A DNA stretch of 64,000 nucleotides from Candidatus Bathyarchaeota archaeon (GCA_963827165.1 CAWGZR010000004.1:64001-128000), one strand, 5' to 3'; numbered from the stretch's first letter, positions 17,306 to 27,767 are shown. The notes: generated from the sequence alone by a model not told the origin. Made by a program: numbers and translations.

Positions 17306-20227
17306 TTATGGTTTCTTTCTCATCATGAGCAACGCCAATACGGCGATTCCTATGATGACAACGATTATGATTGCAACTCCAATGTATTCTAGGGTGGCTT
17401 GTGTCGCTACGCCGCTAGCAGGGGTTGATGTTGGGGCGGATGTTGCTGGAGGTGCGCTTACAATCATGGTTGTCTGTGCGCTCGATGGGTAGTATCCGTT
17501 TGTGCCTGAGAATGTCGCGGTAACGGTGTATTTGCCTGGTACGTTTGGAGGTGTCCAAATGAAGTTGTATAAGCCGTTCATGTTGGTGGTGGCTTTGCCG
17601 ATGTTGATTGCGTTGTTGTTTGGATCAGTGGCGGTCAAGGTTACTGTCACTCCTGTGAAATTCGTTGGCTCTGCTTGCTGCTGATATACGTAACCCATCC
17701 AATCTTGCATGCTTGCGTCAGAGGCACATGGAACTCCGTTTGGAAAGTTCGCTTTTGGCGCGGTTTGTTGTGTGCCTGTTGAGGTGTCGATTACTGTGCC
17801 TTGTATAGCCACTGCGGCTCCTGCTGCTGTTGATGTGAGAGGTGCTTGTATCGATGTTGCGCTGGGTCCTTTGCCTACACTGTAGATTTGGCCGTCGTAT
17901 CCGTTAAAGAATGTCAAGTAGCCGTCTGCGACAGCGAATGCTGTGCCGGTTGCGGCCCACTCGCTTGGGTAGCCTGAAAGTCTCCATATTTGTTGTCCTG
18001 TGGTAGCGTTAATTGCGGATAATGTTGCACCCACGTAAATTGGGTTGGTTACAGTGTGTTCATCAGTAGCTAAGTATACGACGCCGTTGGCAATGTTTTG
18101 TATTTGGGTCGGATAGACACCGTATGGTCCGTTAAAGCCTGCGAAAGTGCTGTTGTCTGGTTGAGATGGTCCGGCGTTGCCGTATGTGAATATTAGTTTT
18201 CCTGTTTGATCGTTGTATGCGTAGCATGTTCCGCTATATGAGCTGCTGTATAGTGTGCCGTATGCAAGGAATGCTTGCAGAGGCGGAGATCCTGGTGTGC
18301 CATAGTAGTCGAAGGCTGCTTGAGATGGAGTTGGACCCCATATCTGTGCGCCGCTTGTTAGGCTGTAGCCGACCCACTGCATGGTTTCTTCATAGTTCAG
18401 AATGAACGTGCGAGTCTGCCAGTCAGCTCCACTGAAGGAGATAGTTAGGTTTCCTGTTGGCGGTGTGTAGGTCTTGCTCCATAGTAACGAACCGATCGCG
18501 CCTTTAGATGCGTTGAGGTTTATGGCGTACATTGTCCAAGGAGCTTGTGGTTGACCGGTGCCGTCTGCTGCGAAACCGGAGGGGAGTGCGGTGTAAGCAA
18601 TCATCATGTCACCAAAGTTGACTGCACCAACTGTCAATGGGTTAGATGGGAAGGTTTGCGGTACCGAGTTGAGCCATGACAGAGACATGTTCCAGTCATA
18701 AGTTGTTGGCGAATTAAATTTAGAAATTGCGTGACCTTCAGCAATACCGATGTCTCCTGCAACGTTAAGTGTAGTGCCATACGGAATGTGGACTGCGGTG
18801 CCGTTGGGGTATAATGCTGTTTCTCCAGTGATTGGAAGAGGAATCTGACTGCCAATGTCGCTGATGAGGAAGCCGTTGCCGGGTTGGATTAGGATTGAAG
18901 GCGAAACGCTTCCGCTGCCAGAGTATGGATTGATGTCGTATAGCCAGAGCCGTGAAGAGTTCCACTCTCCCATATACCAGTTTGGAGAGGTGGGCGTGCC
19001 TATGTTGTTGAAGATATACTGCAGATATTCGCCTTGTTGACCCCATGCTCCTGCGCCAGAGGGAACGTTAGTTACGTTGAATAGTGCTTGTCCTGTGAAA
19101 CCGTCAAAGAATTCCCAAGTGACTGGTGTGGAAAGCTGGAATGCTGCAAAGTTAAGACCGCCTATTTCAGCGACTAGTATTGGCGGGTAAACTCCGTGTT
19201 GGTCGGGATCGTAAACGTCGTAGATGTATCCGAATGATAATTGTGGAATATTTTGGTTGCTCCAAAGTTGCTGTCCTGTGCGGAGATTAACGCAGATGGT
19301 TGGCCCAGTTGCGCTTCCTCCCAGAAGGTTTGAACCCGTGAATGATGCGACCTGCGTGTAGTATAGGTATCCGTCTATTATTATCGGATTTTGGAATCTA
19401 GGTGCGTATGAGGAGCCTTCGAAGTAGCCAACTGAGTGGTCATTGGGATACAGGTTTCCTCCAACTTCTCCGCCGATTTGAGTCGGTGTTGTCCACATAA
19501 TATGCGAAGTCAGAGGTCCTATGGCGTCACCGTGGTACAAGCCAGTGCTAGTATAGCCTGATGGAGGAGGCATGGTTGCTGAGAATATCGATGCCCCGTA
19601 GCCTAGCCAGTTTGATGAAATCGTGAACCAGTTGTAGTTTGAGCCGTATATTGGTTCTTGCCAGTAGGCTGTCGGTAATGGTGCTCCTGTGGTTATTGGA
19701 ATTGGCGATGATTGAACGGTGAATGTTGTTGAGGTGCTGCTTGGCAGATAAGTGTCATTAACTAGATTTGAAGTGGGATTGTATTGGCCAGGGTATGCTG
19801 CGTAAGCTTGTCCTGGAAACTTAAAGGTTAAGGTATACGTGCCAGTGGTGGCAGGAGTGAAGGAATAGGCTTGTGATGATGTTGAGTCCGAGATGGTTGA
19901 AAAGACTTGTGTTGTGTTTGTTCCATCGGGTGCAGTAATGATGAGATTGTAGTCGTGGAATCGATAGTTGTTTGAAAGCAAGGCTTCGCTTGTGCCCACG
20001 GTTGCAGTGCCTGCCGATCCGAAAACGCTGTCAAGCCACATGTAAATGTGCACTGTCTGACCTACCCCTATTGGGCTAGGTGCAGCCCAGATGTATGCGT
20101 AAGTTGGAATGCTCCAGGCCGGCGTATGCGCGTTAACTGTTGGTACCAGTATGATTGAAGTTGACATTGAAATCGAAAGAAGAATTGCGAAAATAATAGC
20201 TATAGATTTACTATTTAGTTTTTGCAT
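17306..20227 (-). CDS. Large secreted PQQ-like beta-propeller surface protein, paralog 3
   Basis: Same architecture as paralog 2; tail ATLEYIGVAIIIVVIIGIAVLALLMMRKKP. Start moved from 20272 to ATG 20227 (GAGGA SD), because the track start lies inside the leader hairpin. Confidence 0.9.
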   Translation of the reverse strand: MQKLNSKSIAIIFAILLSISMSTSIILVPTVNAHTPAWSIPTYAYIWAAPSPIGVGQTVHIYMWLDSVFGSAGTATVGTSEALLSNNYRFHDYNLIITAPDGTNTTQVFSTISDSTSSQAYSFTPATTGTYTLTFKFPGQAYAAYPGQYNPTSNLVNDTYLPSSTSTTFTVQSSPIPITTGAPLPTAYWQEPIYGSNYNWFTISSNWLGYGASIFSATMPPPSGYTSTGLYHGDAIGPLTSHIMWTTPTQIGGEVGGNLYPNDHSVGYFEGSSYAPRFQNPIIIDGYLYYTQVASFTGSNLLGGSATGPTICVNLRTGQQLWSNQNIPQLSFGYIYDVYDPDQHGVYPPILVAEIGGLNFAAFQLSTPVTWEFFDGFTGQALFNVTNVPSGAGAWGQQGEYLQYIFNNIGTPTSPNWYMGEWNSSRLWLYDINPYSGSGSVSPSILIQPGNGFLISDIGSQIPLPITGETALYPNGTAVHIPYGTTLNVAGDIGIAEGHAISKFNSPTTYDWNMSLSWLNSVPQTFPSNPLTVGAVNFGDMMIAYTALPSGFAADGTGQPQAPWTMYAINLNASKGAIGSLLWSKTYTPPTGNLTISFSGADWQTRTFILNYEETMQWVGYSLTSGAQIWGPTPSQAAFDYYGTPGSPPLQAFLAYGTLYSSSYSGTCYAYNDQTGKLIFTYGNAGPSQPDNSTFAGFNGPYGVYPTQIQNIANGVVYLATDEHTVTNPIYVGATLSAINATTGQQIWRLSGYPSEWAATGTAFAVADGYLTFFNGYDGQIYSVGKGPSATSIQAPLTSTAAGAAVAIQGTVIDTSTGTQQTAPKANFPNGVPCASDASMQDWMGYVYQQQAEPTNFTGVTVTLTATDPNNNAINIGKATTNMNGLYNFIWTPPNVPGKYTVTATFSGTNGYYPSSAQTTMIVSAPPATSAPTSTPASGVATQATLEYIGVAIIIVVIIGIAVLALLMMRKKP

Positions 20228-20252
20228 TTTTGTTTTCCTCGATTTTATTTCT

Positions 20253-20360
20253 TGTGGAAGAAGAAGCTTCAAAATGTTAGCGTAAATTAGAGCTGAATTA
20301 GCGCTTAGTCGAAAGCTACTTCTTCCGCACTTAGAAAGTTGGTGCTTGCGGGCTAAAAAA
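20253..20360 (-). promoter_or_regulatory. TATA box plus 5' leader stem-loop of paralog 3
   Basis: TTTTTTAG (20360-20353) lies about 24 nt upstream of stem UGCGGAAGAAGUAGCUUUCGA (20329-20309) pairing with UUGAAGCUUCUUCUUCCACA (20272-20253). Confidence 0.7.
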
Positions 20361-20499
20361 CATTGTGAAAAATACTAACGGCGAAAAACTCCAAAATTCT
20401 TATAAAAATGAAAATTAAATAATAGAATAAAAAAAAATAACCGCTTTTTAACCTTAAGAATAAAAAAAGAGCAAAAAAGGGTTTTTCAGAGCATCGAGG

Positions 20500-21990
20500 C
20501 TAGCTCGGCGCTGGGCGGGTTCCTAAGGTTAGCGATATGTCTTGGGTTTGACCGTTTCTCAGTACAGTGACGGTTATCGTTTGGTTTGGCAAGGTGTGCT
20601 CTGCTAGGTATGTTGATAAATCATCCTCGTTTACGATGCGCACTCCGTTGATAGCTGTGATTATGTCTCCTCCCGTAATTATCTGTGTTCCGTCGATGGT
20701 AGTTTGGTTTGAGCCAGCTTTGAGGCCCGCTTTGTCGGCTGGTCCGCCGCTTACAACTTGCTCAACAAGCAAGCCGTAGGTGACTTTGTACCCTTCTTGC
20801 GCTGCGATGTCATAGCTCATGTCAGCCACGCTTATGCCCATGTACGGGTAAGCTGTGTAAGAGCCGCTGGATACCAAGGAATTGATTTCGCGAAGGATCG
20901 TGCCTGATGAAATGGCGAATCCTAAGCCCTGAGCGGTACCGCCATTCTGGCTGTTTTCGATTCCAGCCGTGTTGATCCCAACGACTTGCCCCGCTGCGTT
21001 CAGCAAAGGTCCACCGGAGTTTCCCGGGTTAATCGGGGCGCTGAACTGGATGATGTCTGCAATAGGGTAATTGCCTGAGCTCGTTTCTTGGATGGTTCTG
21101 CCAAGGGCGCTTACGATTCCGGTTGTCATTGAGCCTGCTAAACCGAATGGGCTGCCGACGGCTGCCACGAATTGCCCTACGCTAAGGGTTGATGAATTAA
21201 CGATTTGAAGAGGTTGAAACTCAGTGGACGGAGCGTTATTCACCGATAGCACGGCTAAATCGGCGTACGGGTCAGCGCCTAAAACAGTTCCAGAGTAGCC
21301 GTCTCCATTCGAAAAGGTCACGCTGATTCCGGTTCCTGAAGCGATAACGTGATTGTTCGTTACCACGACCATGCGACCGTTTAGGTCATCGATGAAGCCT
21401 GAGCCTTCAACTAGGCTACTTGACTGAGTATCTGTTATTACAACAACTGAATCCTTAACTTGGTCGTAGAGTGCGGAAAGTGAAACGTTTTCGGGTACGG
21501 CTTGAACTGCGCTGCCGCTGTTGGTTGATGACAAACCCGCAATTTGATTCTGCAGGTCGGTAACTTGCTTTTGGAGATTGGACAGGTTGTTAGAATTCAT
21601 GTTGCCTACCCAGTAACCGAAGACGCCTGCGATTAGGCTGCATGCAATTATCGCTATCACTGCGGCTGCGAAAATGCGGTTTCTTCGGGATTTTCTGGAT
21701 GGCTTTGGTTGCTCGGGTAACGGCGAGAATTGGGGTTGTTGAGGCTGAGGTTGCGGGGAAGACTCAGGTTGTGTTGCTGGTGCGGATGGTTGCTGGGGAG
21801 ATTCCGGCTGTTGGGGAGGCGGCGACTGGTCGGGTTGTTGAGTTGGGGGAGTTGACTCAGGCTGCTGACTTGGCGGTGAAGGTTCGGGCTGTTGGGGTTG
21901 CTCAGAGGGTTGGGGCTGCTGAGGCTCTCGGCTGGGTTCGGGCTGCGTGGAAGACCCTGAATCGTCAGGTTGCTGCGGTGGCTGCTCCAT
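20500..21990 (-). CDS. htrA: HtrA/DegP-family serine protease with PDZ domain, TM anchor and Pro/Gln-rich N-terminus
   Basis: TNNHV, DLAVL and INPGNSGGPL catalytic triad; C-terminal PDZ (GPADKAGL, GDIITAING). Confidence 0.9.
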   Translation of the reverse strand: MEQPPQQPDDSGSSTQPEPSREPQQPQPSEQPQQPEPSPPSQQPESTPPTQQPDQSPPPQQPESPQQPSAPATQPESSPQPQPQQPQFSPLPEQPKPSRKSRRNRIFAAAVIAIIACSLIAGVFGYWVGNMNSNNLSNLQKQVTDLQNQIAGLSSTNSGSAVQAVPENVSLSALYDQVKDSVVVITDTQSSSLVEGSGFIDDLNGRMVVVTNNHVIASGTGISVTFSNGDGYSGTVLGADPYADLAVLSVNNAPSTEFQPLQIVNSSTLSVGQFVAAVGSPFGLAGSMTTGIVSALGRTIQETSSGNYPIADIIQFSAPINPGNSGGPLLNAAGQVVGINTAGIENSQNGGTAQGLGFAISSGTILREINSLVSSGSYTAYPYMGISVADMSYDIAAQEGYKVTYGLLVEQVVSGGPADKAGLKAGSNQTTIDGTQIITGGDIITAINGVRIVNEDDLSTYLAEHTLPNQTITVTVLRNGQTQDISLTLGTRPAPS

Positions 21991-23247
21991 TACAAATCTC
22001 TCCCAACTGCGGCAAACGTTACCCCAAATAGCGAGGTCACTGTTACTGAACTAAACTGATAAGCCATATCCATTATTCTCCATAACGAGTGATGTTCTTA
22101 AATCCAAGATGTTATTAAAAAGTTTTTCATAATTATACCCCAATTACATGCAAGCATAAACTTGAGTGAAATAGTCTCGCGATGGGATGTGAATTAAAAA
22201 TTTGACCTTTCTCAAGCTGCATTTAATTTGAATCTGAAAATGACTATTACTAGCTCTCTGCACTGCGTTCACATAATCAGAATTTACTAAGTTAACCGCC
22301 GCTGATTCTTTCAACATCCGATTGCTTCAAGCCGGTTCAAGTGTACGTTCTTCAAACAATTTAGCGGTATTACGCCATTTGATACTTAGGGCAAAAAGGT
22401 GATTAAGCGGATTTAACCATGCGCTAACGGCGACAGGTGGCAAAAAGCAGTAGGGGTGCGCCTTTTCGCCTGTTAGCAGTCAGAACCGCCCAACAGATGG
22501 GAATTGATTGCTACCTTCCTTGATAGCTCTCTTACAGTGTTAGCAAATATAAGGGAATGCTGTTACACAATGATGCCATAAAATGAAGCAACAATCGCTA
22601 ATACTGAAATGGTCTTAGGCGTGATTGCCCCTTATGCTTGTTCATTCGGTGCAACCTCAGCTCTTTTGGGTCTGCCAGCATAATTTTGCAAATTGGACAC
22701 ATATATTTCTCATAACTCATTTCAAAAAGCAACAGGACTAATTAGTTTTCAAAGAATATGAACTTATGTACGAATTCCCGACTTTAGAAGTACCCAATTT
22801 TTTTAGCTTAGCAATTTTTTAAAAAAGTCAAGCGAAACGGAAAAAGATTTTTTTTATAGGGAAGCCGGTGTCTACTCGGTTTGGTATATCCTATCACATA
22901 AGGTAAAGGTATAGTGTATGTAGTGTCAGAATCGAGTAAACACTCAAAACAGAGGAAAAATAAGAGAAAAGGAAAAAAGATAAGAAAAATTACCTCCTCA
23001 TAAACAAAATCATAATCGGAGACAGTTTAAGTTTCGGCATAATAGCTCGTATTTTAGTTTTGGTAAGTTAAACCAGAAATAAAATATTTTGAAATTGGAT
23101 ATTAATGGGGTTAGCCAAAACGTTATGGCAACGAGGGCAAAAACATAACGCTAAAGCAAGTTAGCAGAAAACTGTAGTTGCTACTATGAGACAATAAATA
23201 CTTTTAACAAAAAAATTGCTTATGGATAGCTTCTTAAAAGTGTCTCC

Positions 23248-23373
23248 ATGGTAACTTGCCCTAATTGCGGAAAAGAACTAACTAAACCTGCAAAACGATT
23301 GTAAAACCATGTTTTTTGCATCGAAGAATACAATTGTGACAATTGCGGAAAAAGTTTCAAAATTAACCGTTAA
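23248..23373 (+). pseudogene. Zinc-ribbon microprotein interrupted by an in-frame TAA
   Basis: MVTCPNCGKELTKPAKRL*NHVFCIEEYNCDNCGKSFKINR*; the stop at 23302-23304 lies between two CxxC knuckles. Confidence 0.6.
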
Positions 23374-23414
23374 GCTTAGAATTGACCGAAAGAGTAAATG
23401 GGCAAAAAAGTAAA

Positions 23415-23660
23415 TTATGGCTTATAGATAAGTAAATATTTTCTTTCTTTATCCTCTTCAATCGTTAAGCCGTGTTTCTTTGCATATTCATCGATTGCTG
23501 TCTTATAATCGCACTTTATTTGAATCTGATAATGGTTAGGCGCTTTTTCGCTTATGTGCACATAAGACGGCTCAACTAAACCATTAGCCACTAACTCTTT
23601 CAACATAGACATAGCTTCGAGTCTATCCAAGTGTACCACCCTCTCTCTGTACGCCCACAA
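23415..23660 (-). CDS. Small hypothetical protein, 'DRxEA' family
   Basis: LDRLEAMSMLKEL...YQIQIK...YLLIYKP. Confidence 0.7.
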   Translation of the reverse strand: MWAYRERVVHLDRLEAMSMLKELVANGLVEPSYVHISEKAPNHYQIQIKCDYKTAIDEYAKKHGLTIEEDKERKYLLIYKP

Positions 23661-23855
23661 ACAACTTAGCAGTTATCAGTTTATAAAACTACTTGCAAAG
23701 TGTAGTTAACTAAATTAGCCAAGTTTGAAGTTAGCAGAAGAGCGGCTATTTCCATCAACGAATTGGTAAAGAGGGCAAAAATAAGAATGGATGTTTGTTG
23801 TATCTTTTGGTTCCTACAAATGCTTTTAAGACCGTAAAGTACCGTACTTTGTGCA

Positions 23856-24119
23856 ATGGATAGAGAAGAAGCCGTTACCGTAATCAAAGAAATTTTTGAA
23901 CGATGTCGTTTCATAGAAGGCAGGTCGTTAAAACTTTTGCCACCCAAAGAAAATAATGCACTATCAGATACGTTTCAAGTACATATTGATGCAAGAGAAG
24001 ACGGTCTGCTAATTTCATGCATTACAAATGTCGCAAAGAAACACAAATTAGACGTTAGGTGTGAAAAAGGCTATTGTATTGTGTACAAACCATATCCACG
24101 AATTATTAAGTCTACTTGA
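23856..24119 (+). CDS. Small hypothetical protein, 'DRxEA' family
   Basis: MDREEAVTVIKEI...FQVHI...YCIVYKP; divergent from its paralog 23415..23660. Confidence 0.7.
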   Translation: MDREEAVTVIKEIFERCRFIEGRSLKLLPPKENNALSDTFQVHIDAREDGLLISCITNVAKKHKLDVRCEKGYCIVYKPYPRIIKST

Positions 24120-24510
24120 AGCGCAAAAAAAGCACAAGGGCAGGTACCTCCTTCAACGGTAGGGCTATGGCTGTTACCCAATTTCCAATGATGATGATAA
24201 TCTTAAATCTGAAAAGTGTAAATTCGTTGGGTTTACTCTGGAAAAGTAAGTTTCCCACCACAAGCAGGGCATTCTATTAGGAACTTCTTTTGAATAGATT
24301 TTAATTCAAATGAGCACGCAAAACAAAAATAGATTTGGCATTTAGAGCAGTGTTTACTTGCACCACCAACACTCTTTCCGCAAGCATCGCAAGGTCGGGT
24401 TAAATCAACCATAATTCTATTTCGATTAAACCTGAAAGATAAACTGAGAACCTAAACGACAGTTCAGACCAGTGCCGGAAAAGGGATCGAATCCAAGCAT
24501 AACTAAACTT

Positions 24511-26301
24511 CTATGGGATTTGAACCGTAGACCGATTTAATTCAACATCAGTAAACATCTGGACTTGCGGGAATTGACTTTTCGAAAGTTTAATTGGCAG
24601 GTTGATGGTAAATGTTGTTCCTTTCCCAGCTGAGTTCTCTGCTCCAATTTTTCCTCCATGCGCCTCCACAATTCTTTTGCAAATTGCTAAGCTCATACCC
24701 ATCCCTTTTGCCTTAGTGGTTACGAGAGGGGCGAATAACTTGGGTAAGATTTTCTCCGGGATGCCTACGCCGGAATCAGTAAATGATATTTCAATATTCA
24801 CTCCTTTCAGGGTACTTTGTATTTGTATAATGCCTTTTTCTGGCGTGGCATCTATTGCGTTATTTATTATGCTTGCGAAGACTTTTTCCATTCTTTGGGC
24901 ATCCAGAAACAGCTTTACGTCGTCCGTGGCGTTGTTTATTATGTTTAAGCGGTCAGGAACCTGAATGTTAGAAAGCGCATGCAAAACAAGCGACTTAGGA
25001 GTGCACTGCTGCGGTTGCAAGTTCAGCTCGCTTGAATAGTCTAATAAGCTAGCGATAATTCTATCTGAATCCTCAATTGCGTTCTCAATATGATTAAGAA
25101 GCTCTTCCTTCTTTGCTCTTTCAAGTTGGTTATCTTTCTTTCTAATAACATATATACCGTTTTTAATGGCGGCTAAGGGGTTACGCAAGTCGTGTCCAAG
25201 CTGTACCGCCAACTCCCCAATTGAAGCAAGTTTTTCCGCTTTTACAAGTTTTTCCTCCATCTCTTTGCGGTCTGTAATATCATGGATAATGCATACTATC
25301 CCTATTTCATGGCCTAATTTGCTCTTGACAATTGAACCTGAAAAAAACACATTTAATCTTGTTCCATTTTTGTTTTTGAAAATTAATTCGCGGTTTCTGA
25401 TTATTTTCTCGGCTGCCAATTCTTCGAATTGATTTAAACAAGCCTTTTCTTCGCTTTCTGCGCAAAGTTCTGTTATTGATTTACCTATTAATTCCTTCTT
25501 TTCATAACCTGTGAAATTTATTAAACGCTCATTTACTTGTAGAATTTTTGCTTGCATGTCTGTTAGAATTAGTGAGTCCGGCATTGTAGTGAGGATGTTT
25601 TCTGCGGCTAAGGCTGCATCAAAAGTAAATAAGTCATATTTAACAATCGCGTATCCGACAAATCCGCTGAAGAAGAATGTCGCTACGAACCCAAAATTTG
25701 GAATGTCCATATTAATTGCGCGGGCTACGATATTGGTGCTTAGGAATGCGGCTATGGGAATGGCAAAGCCGATTGTTACATATTTTCTTCGCTGCTTCTG
25801 CATTATATCCTCTGCATTGTGATAGTATCTGTAGCAGAGAACAAACGCTATAATCGGTAAGCCTGCTGTCCAAATGATGGAACCATAGTAGAGCCATGTT
25901 CCAGATGCAACGTCGTTGAAACCCCAGTATTCCATGATTGGCGGACTATTTATCAGGCTTGTGGATAAATCGATGAGCCAAAATGCTACTGCAGGCAAAA
26001 ACAGAAATAGATAGTTTACCTTGTTTTTTATCAATTTGTTTTCTGTGAAGACTAGAGCGAACGAGGCGACTAAAGCAACGAAAAAAGGCCACGTGGTTCC
26101 CATTTTGTTCCAGAAATTAGCACCTGTAAAGTCGGTTGCTGTCCACATCATGACCGTGGTGAATGCGTACCAGAAAGCGGCTAATGCTGTTAGAAGGAAG
26201 ATTTTATTAAGAGTTGATTTTCTGTTAAATGAAAACACTATTATGCCTAGAAACAAGCAAGCAAGACTTGCGGTTAACGTAAACCAAGCGAATACATTCA
26301 T
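24511..26301 (-). CDS. Membrane sensor histidine kinase (HisKA_7TM-PAS-HisKA-HATPase)
   Basis: Seven N-terminal TMs; PAS; H-box HDLRNPL; N-box NNAIDA; DSGVGI; TTKAKGMGMSL; GKGTTF. Confidence 0.9.
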   Translation of the reverse strand: MNVFAWFTLTASLACLFLGIIVFSFNRKSTLNKIFLLTALAAFWYAFTTVMMWTATDFTGANFWNKMGTTWPFFVALVASFALVFTENKLIKNKVNYLFLFLPAVAFWLIDLSTSLINSPPIMEYWGFNDVASGTWLYYGSIIWTAGLPIIAFVLCYRYYHNAEDIMQKQRRKYVTIGFAIPIAAFLSTNIVARAINMDIPNFGFVATFFFSGFVGYAIVKYDLFTFDAALAAENILTTMPDSLILTDMQAKILQVNERLINFTGYEKKELIGKSITELCAESEEKACLNQFEELAAEKIIRNRELIFKNKNGTRLNVFFSGSIVKSKLGHEIGIVCIIHDITDRKEMEEKLVKAEKLASIGELAVQLGHDLRNPLAAIKNGIYVIRKKDNQLERAKKEELLNHIENAIEDSDRIIASLLDYSSELNLQPQQCTPKSLVLHALSNIQVPDRLNIINNATDDVKLFLDAQRMEKVFASIINNAIDATPEKGIIQIQSTLKGVNIEISFTDSGVGIPEKILPKLFAPLVTTKAKGMGMSLAICKRIVEAHGGKIGAENSAGKGTTFTINLPIKLSKSQFPQVQMFTDVELNRSTVQIP

Positions 26302-26839
26302 AGATTTCTATCCATGTTCTAAATCAAATTGCTTCATCAAACGCGTCACGCGTTATCTTATTTTTTTATTCACTCTGCAGGATAGAAAGGGACTCTTAAA
26401 TTGCATTTAAAACATGTGAATTTTTAGTAATTATTGACACTCCAAAGTTGAGAAGAATTATTTCTTTAACTACAAGTAGTTCCCTTACCTGTATCGTGAA
26501 AATTAATTAGTCCAATGGCCTAGCCAGTTTCTATTTTTTAAAAGAATACGATGCAATATCTTTTTTTCGAACATTTTTTCTTAGCTTGCTTCGCCTCTTC
26601 TGCAGCAAGCAAACTGCTGGGGGAAAATTCGTGTGTGTCTTCTTCCCCCCTTTCTGTTTCTTTCCTCGTCCCTCTCATTGTGTGAGATATATAGTATGTG
26701 TAATAGTATGAGATAGATTGTGATTGATGGAGTAATAGTAATTGTGTGCAAGTTGGTTGGTTGGTTGGATTAAAATTTAATCTCTCTCTATTGTCACAGA
26801 CAGAGCGCGCTAAAAAAATAAATAAGGACCGTTTAGTAG

Positions 26840-27559
26840 TTAAGAAGCCTCTTTGATGTAGCCTTTAACCGCTTCATCAGATAGCATATCCCATTTCTTT
26901 GTTGCTACAGGTATCACAGCAATCTTTACTCTGAGCGGTAACTCTCTCGCTTGTAACGCTTTTACTAAACATTTTACTGCGAGCTTTACGCCTTCTTCAA
27001 GAGTTAAATCTTCACGGTACATTTCTTTTAGCATTGGTAGAACTATTTCTGTTCCTGCACCTACAGCTGTGGCTTTGTATCTCAGGTAGTTTCCGCTTGG
27101 ATGAGTTCCGAAGACACGTGGACCTGTTTTGTCGACGCCTCCTAATATCATGGCGACACCGAAGGGTCTTCCACCTCCGTGTTGTGTATACGTTTGTTGG
27201 GTGTCGCATATTTTTTGGGTTGCGACTTCTACATCAATGGGTTCATCGTATGTCCGTTTATTACTTTGCGCGTCGATACGTGCTTGGTCGATTAGGACTC
27301 TTGCGTCGGAACCTAAGCCTATAATAGCTGCTCCCATGTGTTCGTCTACTTGAAAAATTTTCCATGAGCGACCTACTTCTTCAAGGACTTCTGCATTTTC
27401 TTCTGAACCTAGAACAACTCCTTCTGCACATCGGATACCCACAATGGTGCCTCCACGATTCACTAATTCTCTTGCATATTCGACTTGGTAAAGTCGTCCA
27501 TCAGGCGAGAAAACAGTATTATTATAATCATATGCTCCTGGTCTTGCAAATGCAGACAA
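26840..27559 (-). CDS. psmA: Proteasome alpha subunit (divergent, isolated copy)
   Basis: FSPDGRLYQVEYA, KIFQVDEH, GLGSDARVLID, RPFGVA, ATAVGAG. Confidence 0.88.
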   Translation of the reverse strand: MSAFARPGAYDYNNTVFSPDGRLYQVEYARELVNRGGTIVGIRCAEGVVLGSEENAEVLEEVGRSWKIFQVDEHMGAAIIGLGSDARVLIDQARIDAQSNKRTYDEPIDVEVATQKICDTQQTYTQHGGGRPFGVAMILGGVDKTGPRVFGTHPSGNYLRYKATAVGAGTEIVLPMLKEMYREDLTLEEGVKLAVKCLVKALQARELPLRVKIAVIPVATKKWDMLSDEAVKGYIKEAS

Positions 27560-27767
27560 AGTATTACCTCTATTTCACAGAGTAACTTGAGTTTTCTAGA
27601 GGCTTATATAAGTATGCGCTCGGTTCTCAGCCAAAGATTTTTCTTGTGCGCGCGCAGTTAACCCGAAGATACTGAACGGTCACTATCCAGAAAACGAGTT
27701 CTTCATAGCTAAAAAAGCAAGGGTATAAGCATAAGAGCAGTGAGTGTAAGCATGAGAAAAGAGGTAA

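Noticed and set aside
26600-26800. Low-complexity GTTG/TA-rich tract as a functional repeat
   Set aside because: Only four GTTG units with no clear structure or second copy; no supportable function.
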